NCBI RefSeq assembly: GCF_006345805.1
Contig: NC_043003.1
Coordinates: 52,762,001-52,826,000, forward strand
DNA from: Octopus sinensis
Lineage: Eukaryota
Direction of reading: 5' to 3'
Length of the DNA stretch: 64,000 nucleotides
Shown one piece after another: positions 54,028 to 64,000 of this stretch. The translations under genes were made by a program, and so were the position numbers. The first letter of the stretch is position 1; each line of letters begins with the position of its first letter. The notes beneath the pieces are model-generated. The model saw only the letters and a list, made by a program, of their open reading frames with translations. It searched no databases and had not been told where the DNA came from.

Positions 54028-54324
54028 TCTTTATATATAAAAGTGAAGTTGTGTGTCTGTCTCCTACGATTTAGATTCCTAACTACTCCCACATTTTGCG
54101 GTGCAGTTTAACCAAATTATTATCTTATAGTCGTGATTCATATCAAGCCCTTCTGGGTATTAGCGTGCGTCTACGATGAGTCTACGATTAAAAAAAAAAT
54201 TTACCATAATTTTTTTTTTCCATTTTTAATGCATTTTTTTGCTAATTTTTGGCTATAACTCTCTAAAAATGCTTATATAGTTATTTCCCTTACAAACCCG
54301 AGCAACGCCGGGTGATACTGCTAG
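54028..54324 (+). mobile_element. Non-autonomous Helitron H1, short variant
   Basis: A|TC 5' end, 3' hairpin plus CTAG|T. Confidence 0.88.
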
Positions 54325-54756
54325 TTAAAAATAAAACAAAAAAAAAACACACACACAAAAACAATTATAATTCTTCCAAATTTTGGAACAAGGCTAGCAG
54401 TTTTGAGGGGAGGGGCTTTGTTGATTACATCGACCCTTGCATTTGATTGGTTCTTTATTTCATCGTCTTCGGAGGGAAGAAATGCAAAGTTGACCCCAGT
54501 AGTATTTGAACTCAGAACATAATGAATCAGAACAAATACATAACAGTAATTTCTTCATAATCTGAAACTTTAATATTTCAATGCTTTTTTGCCAAATTTA
54601 ATTTATTTTGTGTGTGTGTGTGTGTGTTCTTGATCATTTTTTTTTTAAATAAATAATTTTGGTGACATTTAGAATTTGATACTAGTGAAAAATTAACTAA
54701 TGATGAATTGATCAAACATCTTGAGTACTATATTGATTGAAATTCTAATTGATTGA

Positions 54757-55017
<261 letters not shown>

Positions 55018-55229
55018 TAGAATACAAGATTGAAGTGCATAAAGTGTTGTACAAATCTTATTGAAATTTATTTGCTACGTGGACACTTGTTCACTTAAAT
55101 ATAATATTGTATTTGAAATATGTTTTCAAAAATTTTATATATCCACTGAGGCATTAAACTCACATATCCATACATAAAAATATACAAATATTACAGCCCC
55201 CCCCCAGTACTAACTAAACATAGACGCAC

Positions 55230-56430
55230 ATAGAGATATAAGCATGCGCAAATGAAGACATACAATAGAAATACAAAATGGCTGACGGTTAGTAAGGAGA
55301 GACACAAATAAGAAAGAAGAAAATAAAGAACCACTGATGCGGTCACAGGAGTGTGACAAAAGAACTCTGGCTGAAATAAGATTAAGATTTATGTAAAAAA
55401 TAAATTACACTGAAGCAAAATAACACCAAATATATAGTGCGTGTGTTTTTATTGGCTAAACTGGCAAAATGACCATTCCGAAATATAACAATATCTGTTT
55501 CAACACACGACTTCACATAAAAAATCCTGCACAACAAATATATAAACGTACCAACGTGAGCCATAGCCAGGCTTGCAAGAAGCTGAAGGACACTGTATAC
55601 TGTTGCCCAAGGAAAACCGTGACAACGCAACAGCTTCATTTTATAAAACAATGTGTCTCGTCCAGAATATGTATCAACAAGGTCACAGCCAACGTTAAAC
55701 GGCTTGATCTCAACTAAAGGACAGACTGAAAGGCTAGAAAGGACGCTGATGGTAAATATTAAAAACAAAATATACAGAGAGCTGAGCGAGCAAGAGAAGC
55801 GTAAACGTATATTTTAAAAAGAAATTAAGAACATCACCACACGAAAGGAGAAAACCACACTAATGGATATAATATCTGAAGAAAGCAGACACGTAATACA
55901 CCTGTGCAATATCCATTTTAAGAGGAAGTTGTCGTGGTTGAAACAGAAACATCAATATGAGCTCGCAAAGGAAGAAAAGCAGAAGTATTCAGATACAATA
56001 AATGGAATTATTATGGAAGATGACCTACTACCAGAAAAGTTCAATAAGGACAATGAAGCGAACATCTATGGGGGAGTAACAACGGACCCAGACGAAATAT
56101 CGATACTTCAACTACCACCAAAGTATGCAGTGTATAGTAAGGAGAATACCATCGACTGTCTGTCCGAGATTGAAAAGTCGTTCACAAAAATACGTTGGAA
56201 TTTAAATAGGTACAATGACAACAACACTTGTGACAACAACAACAATACGAACAACAATAACAACATAGACGACAACAACAACGCGAACAACACTATTATG
56301 GATTTGATAGGTTTGTCTGGCTTTTCAACAACCTTAATCCTTAGCTTAAGTTTGTCTAGGGTCCTTCTAAAGCGGTGCGCCAGTTCACCTCCAGGGGTGG
56401 TGTCAACGAACATGACACTCTGGTATTTAT
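55230..56430 (+). mobile_element. Penelope-like element: terminal repeat and N-terminal ORF, joined to an inverted linker fragment
   Basis: YGGVTTDPDEISILQLPPKYAVY...EIEKSFTKIRW on +; FVDTTPGGELAHRF...LRIKVVEK on minus at about 56300-56420; 55260-55545 is homologous to 37930-38300. Confidence 0.8.
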
Positions 56431-56604
56431 ATATATACATACATACACACACACACACACGCATATGCATATATATATATATATATTTATGCACAAACAT
56501 ACCCATAGGTACATACATATTTCCTGTGTTGAGAAGGGAGGATTACTGTAGTAGTTCGTATTTTTCTTTTTGTATAATTATAATAATTATATACAAACAT
56601 ATAT

Positions 56605-56895
56605 ATAACAATGAAATTATTGTATACAGTGCTCAGGTGCACCACAACTTGTCAGACAGTGCATATAAAGCACATGCAGTAATGTACAAATGTCTGGAAA
56701 GCGAACAATGCATGAGTCAGATACATGCTTGTGTGTATGGAGGGGAGAAAATCAGGTGTAGTGTTGGCGAATCTCAGAAAGCATGGAAGTTTTGAAGGAT
56801 GCAGTGCTCCGACAACTAACAACTGATGCCGGCAGTATATAAACATGCGATATATTTTGTACTGAGGGCTTGAAGTAACTGTCCACAATAAGTGG
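56605..56895 (-). mobile_element. 3' end of the CR1-type LINE family seen at 60584-63366
   Basis: LPASVVSCRSTASFKTSMLSEIRQHYT* and a terminal GTGCACCTGAGCACTGTA. Confidence 0.85.
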
Positions 56896-57058
56896 GTTAG
56901 AGTAAACTCTAAGATTAAGTACCTTAATTTTATCTACCAAATACTTCAGTTCACTGAAGGGATGGAAGTAAAGTGGGGTACTATGGCCTCTTGGCTGAAA
57001 CAGCTGTAAGATACTACATTATATATTTTAATAATTACTGGTATTTTTATATTTTATA

Positions 57059-57575
57059 TCTATATATATAAAACTGTAGTTGTGTGAGTGTCTGTCTCCT
57101 ACGATTTAGATTCCTAACTCCTCCCACATTTTGCGGTGCAGTTTAACCAAATTCGGGTATCTTATAGTCGTGATTAATATCGAGCCCGTCTGGCTATTAG
57201 CGCGCGTCTACGATGAGTCTACGATTTAAAAAATAATTTAACATCATTTTTTATTCCATTTTAATGCATAATTTTTCGTGTGTCGATGGCGGCGGAGTTG
57301 GCGTCCACGCTCAAACACCTGCACCTGTGTTTGCTTCTCCCCCTTCTTCCCTCCCTCGTGAAGCTGTGGGGAAGGGAGTTTAAGGAAATCAACGTCGTAA
57401 TGCGTTGTCAAGGAGACCAGCGTTCTTTTAGAACAACGACTTCATGGCTTAAAGACACCAAAACAGAAATGGCTAAGAAAGCCCGAATTGGCATCTATAA
57501 AGGAAGTAACTCTCTAAAAATGCTTATATAGTTATTTCCCTTACAAACCCGAGCAACGCCGGGCGATACTGCTAG
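57059..57575 (+). mobile_element. Non-autonomous Helitron H1, long variant
   Basis: A|TC...CCCGAGCAACGCCGGGCGATACTGCTAG|T. Confidence 0.9.
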
Positions 57576-57894
57576 TATTATATATGTAAAGCATAATATG
57601 TTATACATGTATGTATATTGTTATAACTGAATAAACAGACATAATATAATGTCCAAAAGTTGATGAATACCACCTCTTGATCCCCTCCATTTTCTTATTG
57701 CTGTATAAATTAATGGTAAAATACCTTTTTACCCTTACTCATTTATTACATTCAGTAGTGTAATTACCATGCAATGAAAAAAAGGTTTAATAATTGGTAT
57801 TCTACCAATTGGGCATTCTACCAGCAGTATATTGAACAGATATTATCCCTTAGTTGGTTGGATTCACAACCTCTAACTCTCTTGGAATTATATA

Positions 57895-58400
57895 TCTATA
57901 TATATAAAACTCTAGTTGTGTGAGTGTCTGTCCCCTTCAATTTAGATTCCTAACTCTTCCCACATTTTGCGGTGCAGTTTAACCAAATTCGGGTATCTTA
58001 TAGTCGTGATTCATATCGAGCCCGTCTGACTATTAGCGCGCGTCAACGATGAGTCTACGATTTTAAAAATAATTTAACATCATTTTTTATTCCATTTTAA
58101 TGCATAAAATGCATCGTATGTCGATGGCGGCGGAGTTGGCGTCCACGCTCACAGCTGCACCTGTTTGCTTCTCCCCCTTCCCTCCCTCGTGAAGCTGTGG
58201 GGAAGGGAGTGTAAAGAAATCAACGTCGTAATGCGTTGTGAAGGAAACCAGCGTTCTTTTAGAACAACGACTTCATGGCTTGAAGACACCAAAACAAAAA
58301 TGGCTAAAAAAGCCCGAATTTATAAGGGAAGTAACTCTCTAAAAATGCTTATATAGTTATTTCCCTTACAAACCCGAGCAACGCCGGGCGATACTGCTAG
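57895..58400 (+). mobile_element. Non-autonomous Helitron H1, long variant
   Basis: Same termini. Confidence 0.9.
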
Positions 58401-58561
58401 TATATATATATATATATATATATGAAGAGAAAGTGTGTATTTGTTGTGTGAATTTTTTCTTTTTCTTCTTGGTTATTTGTCAGTTTTGATGATAGCTCCT
58501 GAAAGCTTATTTACCCTAATATCTCTAATTCAAACACCATTGTTTGAAATATATATATATA

Positions 58562-59066
58562 CTAGCAGTATTGTCCGGCGTTGCTCGGGTTTGTAAGGGA
58601 AATAACTATATAAGCATTTTTAGAGAGTTACTTCCCTTATAGATGCCAATTCGGGCTTTCTTAGCCATTTCTGTTTTGGTGTCTTCAAGCCATAAAGTCG
58701 TTGTTCTAAAAGAACGCTGGTCTCCTTGACAACGCTTTACGACGTTGATTTCCTTACACTCCCTTCCCCACAGCTTCACGAGGGAGGGGAGAAGCAAACA
58801 GGTGCAGGTGTGACCATGGACGCCAACTCCGCCGCCATCGACACACGAAAAATTATGCATTAAAATGGAATAAAAAAATGATGCTAAATTATTTTTTAAA
58901 TCGTAGACTCATCGTAGACGCGCGCTAATAGCCAGACGGGCTCGATATTAATCACGACTATAAGATACCCGAATTTGGTTAAACTGCACCGCAAAATGTG
59001 GGAGGAGTTAGGAATCTAAATCGAAGGGGACAGACACTCACACAACTACAGTTTTATATATATAGA
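58562..59066 (-). mobile_element. Non-autonomous Helitron H1, long variant, inverted
   Basis: Same termini on the minus strand. Confidence 0.9.
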
Positions 59067-59139
59067 TATATCATCATCATCCTCATCATCATCGTTTAAC
59101 GATGATGATGATACACACACATATACATATATATATAGG

Positions 59140-59480
59140 TGTAGGAGTGGCTGTGTGGTAAGTAGCTTGCTTACGAACCACATGGTTCCGGGTTCAGTCC
59201 CACTGCATGGCACCTTGGGCAAGTGTCTTTTACTATAGCCTCGGGCCGACCAAAGCCTTGTGAGTAGATTTGGTAGATGGAAACTGAAAGAAGCCCATCG
59301 TGTATATATATATAGGCGCAGGAGTGGCTGTGGTAAGTAGCTTGCTAACCAGCCACATGGTTCCGGGTTCAGTCTCACTGCGTAGCATCTTGAGCAAGTG
59401 TCTTCTGCTATAGCCCCGGGCCGACCAATGCCTTGTGAGTGGATTTGGTAGACGGAAACTGAAAGAAGCCCGTCGTATAT
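59140..59480 (+). mobile_element. Two tandem SINE family B heads
   Basis: Heads at about 59140 and 59315, each ending in a TA tract. Confidence 0.82.
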
Positions 59481-60164
59481 ATGTATGTATATATATATAT
59501 ATATATATATTATATTATATTAGAGATAAAGCCACTATTAGGCAAATCATACAATGAAAAACTTAAGCCAATACATGAGTGGTAAGGTGTTAAGTAATGG
59601 GAGACTTGGCTGCTACTTCTAGAAAATCGACGTCCACATAAAGGCGCCGTAGCTGTTTACGCGAGCAGTATTTAGTTGTCTCCCTTGCCATTCATAACTA
59701 GTGTTGAGGACATAAAGTCACATTTCTAGTCACGTCCGCTACAAAACTAGTATTTAAATCCAATTTTCTCTTCTTTTGTCTTGCAAGATTGTGAGTTATA
59801 ACTGAAGGGAGATTTGACTGCTACTACAATAAATTTATGAATGATGTGAAATCGTATACAGATAGGAATGAAAACCAAATTGAACGCTTTACTTAACCAA
59901 CATTGTACTTCTCTTCCCTATTTTGTTCATCATTAACCTTAATTTTATAATTATGATAGTATTGATCTGTGTGGTAGATTTTTGATGCAGGAACGAAAAT
60001 GTTTTGGAAAAGAGAATACGTATGAAATAATAGAGAAATAAAATGGAGTGATTGAAGAGTGTCAAAATTGAGTCAATGTTGTTTAGCCCCAGGTCAGTCC
60101 TGTTTGAGTAGATGTATTCAAAAGCATTCTATTAATGACCATATTATCTTAAGTAAATATATAG

Positions 60165-60565
60165 GCGCAAGAGTGGCTGTGTGGTAAGTAGCTTGTTTAC
60201 CAACCACATGGTTCCGGGTTCAGTCCCACTGCGTGGCACCTTGGGCAAGTGTCTTCTACTATAGCCTCGGGCCGACCAAAGCCTTGTGAGTGGATTTGGT
60301 AGACGGAAACTGAAAGAAGCCCGTCGTATATATGTATATATATGTATGTGCGTGTATGTTTGTGTGTCTGTGTTTGTCCCCTTAGCATTGTTTGACAACT
60401 GATACTGGTGTGTTTATGACCCCGTCACTTAACGGTTCGGCAAAAGAGACCAATAGAATAAGTACTGGGCTTACAAAGAATAAGTCCCGGGGTTGAGTTA
60501 CTCGATTAAAGGTGGTGCTCCAGCATGGCCATAGTCAAAATGACTGAAACAAGTAAAAAGAGAAA
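60165..60565 (+). mobile_element. SINE family B
   Basis: Full length. Confidence 0.85.
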
Positions 60566-60583
60566 AGATATATATATATATAT

Positions 60584-63318
60584 ATGCAAAGTGTAGTGAA
60601 GACTTTATCCAATGAGTCATTCTGTGATGGGGTTTTCAACATCACGGGGTACAACCTCTTCCGTAAGGACCGCACTAACCGCCGTGGTGGTGGTGTGATG
60701 GTCTACGTTCGTTCAAATTTTTTGGTAATTCCTTGTGCCGATTTAAACGAATCACAAGAAGAAGTTTTTTTCTGTGACGTACGTATGACCATGTCAACTC
60801 TCCTGCTTGGCGTTGTTTATCGTCCCCCAAATTACCATCAGGACACACAGCTTTGCAACATCCTCCGAGCTGCAGCCAGGAAAACAGCCACTTATGTGTT
60901 TATTGCAGGCGATTTCAATCATCCTGAGATCGATTGGGAAACCTTCCGTTGGCCACAGAGTGCAAACGATTTTGTTGAGCTTGTGCTGGACTCAAACTGG
61001 TCACAAGTAGTCACCTCTCCAACAAGAGGCGACAACACCTTGGACCTGCTCTTCACCACAACTCCTGAAGCGGTTATCAATTGCACTACGGAGGAACCTC
61101 TAGGTGACTCTGATCATGCTATGATCATCGCCAATCTGGCTCTTGCGGGCAACAAACACCTGAACCATCTCCAATCTGCTTCCTTCGATTGGAAGAGAGC
61201 AGATTGGAACCTGTACCACACTGAACTACAGCACCCAAACTGGCGTGAATTCTACAACTCTGGAGATGTGAATACTATACTCCAGAGTATCCTGGACTCA
61301 ATATGGGCAGCATGTGCAGCATCAGTGCCACGTAAACAAAAAAAGAAGAACCGCCCCAAAAGGGCAATTTGGGAAACTTCTGCGGTCCGACTTGCCAGGA
61401 AGGAACGTCGGACTGCTGAACAGGAATACAAGTTGCATAAATCAGACACCAACAGAAGGAAGCGGAATAAATCCTCCAACCATCTCAAGCAAGTGACAAA
61501 AAATGCAGTGCTTGAATTTGAACAGTGCATAGCAGCCAATCCTGACAGCAAGGTTTTCTGGAAATATGTGCATTCAAAGCAGAGACCTCACTCTCCAGTG
61601 GGCCCTCTTCGCAACCCTCACACAAACCAGATCACTGATGACCCCAAGGAATGCGCAGAACTCATTGCCGAGTGCTATGCAAACATATTCACTGTCGAAA
61701 GTCAAAATGTACCATCTTCACCATCACTAACAGCAAACTCCATAACAATTATGGAATTTACACCTGCAATGCTGCAACGTCACCTTCAAAATAATCGCAA
61801 CTATGCCTCCCCTGGTCTCGATGGAGTTACATACCTGCTTCTCAAACGTGGCAGGCACTTCCTTTTACACCAGCTTTCTATTTTCTTCCAGTACTGTCTC
61901 AACAATGGTGCTACTCCAGAGCAGTGGAAAACTGCCAGTGTCATTCCTCTGTTCAAAAAGGGTGACCGCACATCACCTGTCAACTATCGCCCAGTCAGTC
62001 TCACTAGCTGTATTGCAAAACTGATGGAATCGTGTGTCAGAGAAACACTCTGGAACTTCTGGAGCTCTCACAGTCTCATCCGACCTTCACAATATGGATT
62101 TGTCCCTAACTCCAGCTGCAGTGACCAGCTTGTCGAGTTCCTTGAGGACATTACTCAGATCACTGACAGTGGCTCATGGGTGGATGTTGTCTACCTTGAC
62201 TTTTCTAAGGCTTTCAACTCTGTGCCACACAAAAGGCTTATGGTGAAACTCTCTGCAATGGGTGTGGGGGATGACCTTTTAACTGGTTGAAATCCTTCAT
62301 CCTCAGCCGAAAGGAGGTAGTCACAGTTCTAGGACAGCACTCTACACCATATGAGATGTCATCGGTGTACCACAGGGATCTGTCCTTGGTCCCCTCCTGT
62401 TTGTGGCATACATTAATGACATAGATGCCAATTTAAAGAATGCCACAGTATTGAAATATGCAGACGACATCAAGCTGTACCTTGAAATCAAGAGGACTGA
62501 TCCTGATGTCTACAACTCTTTCCTGCAATCAGACCTAGACACAATGCAGCAATGGATCACAGACTGGCAACTGAAACTGGCTGTGGACAAGTGTACCACC
62601 ATGCATTTTGGGAGAAAAAACCCTGCGTCCACATACTCCCTCCACAACACTGATATCAAGAAATCCTCTTGCGAGCGTGACCTGGGCATCACTGTCAGCA
62701 GTGATTTGCGTTGGACAAAGCATATCTCTAAAATTGTCAAGAAGGCCGAGGGTGTCTTGGCATCACTCAGCAAGACTTTTGTTAGCCGCTCTCCAGCCAT
62801 CTATTTAAAGCTGTATACAGCTATGGTACGACCACACTTGGAATTCACATCATCAGTTTGGAATCCCTATCTTGCTCAGAACATTGACCTCCTGGAATCT
62901 GTCCAGAGACGTGCAACCAAACGCATACCCTCCATCAGACACCTACCATATTCTGAGCGCCTTGTTTCCCTGGGCATGGATTCACTGAAGCTCCGGCGTC
63001 TGGCGACGGACTTGGTAAACACCCACAAGGTTATCAACCACCTCACCAACAACAACACTGAACACCTTTTTGATCTCCATGTGTCTAACACACATGGACA
63101 TGCCTACAAAGTCAGAAAACAACACAGCTCCCATGACTTTCGGAAACATTTTTTCACGCTCAGGGTTGCTGAAGCGTGGAATAAACTGCCTGCGTCAGTT
63201 GTTGACTGCCATGACACTGCATCCTTTAAGGCCCTCATGCTTTCCGAAATCCGCCGAAACTACACCTGATTATATATACACTTTAGATGAGTTGTAGTGC
63301 ACCTGAGCACTGTACACA

Positions 63319-63366
<48 letters not shown>
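60584..63366 (+). mobile_element. CR1/L2-group LINE, 5'-truncated ORF2 (APE endonuclease plus RT) with two frameshifts, short 3' UTR and (ATT)n tail
   Basis: GYNLFRKDR..RGGGV, GDFN, LDL, SDH (APE); NYRPVSL, QYGF, VYLDFSKAF, PQGSVLGPLLF, YADD (RT); frameshifts near 62280 and 62360. Confidence 0.95.
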
Positions 63367-63368
<2 letters not shown>

Positions 63369-63587
63369 GACTAGGGGGCAATTTTTAGTAGACAAAATGG
63401 TCACATAGTGGATTCTTCAATTATTCATTACTGGTGGTACATTTGTACACTACTGCAATGAGTGCATAGAAGAACAGATTATTCTTGCTGTAAATGATAA
63501 GCAGAAGACAATAATGTTTAGCAGATATAATGTATATATTCTGCAAACGGTGTTAATTTTGTTCCTCAATACTGCAAATGTAGCTAT

Positions 63588-63775
63588 CATCATCATCATC
63601 ATTATCATCGTTTAACGTCCACTTTCCATACTAGCATGGGTTGGGCGATTTGACTGAGGACTGGCAAACCAAATGGCTGCACCAGGCTCCAATCTGATCT
63701 GGCAGAGTTTCTACAGCTGGATGCCCTTCCTAACGCCAACCACTCCGAGAGTGTAGTGGGTGCTTTTATATGAGC
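63588..63775 (-). mobile_element. RTE-type LINE/SINE 3' end with (GAT)n tail
   Basis: Homologous to 9330-9637. Confidence 0.72.
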
Positions 63776-64000
63776 CATATATATAAGAATTTTGTTTTGC
63801 AATCTCATGGCTTTGACTTCTATTTTACTACATCACACCATAACCAAGAGTTTTCAACTATAACATCAGGTTGACTCAAGCCATATAAGTGAAAACTGGT
63901 TGATAGAAATTGCACTGAATTGCATTGTATTTGTTGTGGGGAGGCAGATCTAAGTCATTATATTTAACATTGCCACTCAGTCCTTGGTTATTTTTAGTAG

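Noticed and set aside
55863-56795. 310-aa ORF as a host gene
   Set aside because: It is a read-through of a PLE N-terminal fragment, an inverted PLE fragment, a microsatellite and an antisense LINE 3' end.

Overview
AT-rich animal genomic DNA, most likely from an octopus (inferred from the SINE families and dense TA/TATG/CA microsatellites). The only host gene I can support is tryptophan 2,3-dioxygenase (TDO2/vermilion orthologue) on the + strand. Seven internal coding exons (14294-55012) with GT-AG boundaries splice in frame into about 204 aa; the 5' and 3' exons were not found in the window. The rest is intronic and repeat-rich: CR1/L2-group, RTE and Hero-like LINE remnants, Penelope-like elements (PLEs), Tc1 and mariner transposons, Merlin-, hAT- and pogo-like MITEs, two or three Helitron families, and four tRNA-head SINE families (here called A-D). 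The most striking unannotated signal is a set of about 8-9 minimal type-I hammerhead ribozyme motifs from several small elements, most of them next to microsatellites. Their helix III is palindromic or nearly so, with a different sequence in each family. One motif is fully canonical (48126-48170, minus strand) and lies in a 353-nt unit with a 29-bp terminal direct repeat, resembling a retrozyme or PLE terminal repeat. Also notable are a spacerless 318-bp perfect palindrome, SINE concatemers with a recurrent junction, and a cluster of three Helitrons including an inverted pair. No database searches were run; family names come from motif recognition, and repeat boundaries without terminal signatures are approximate.
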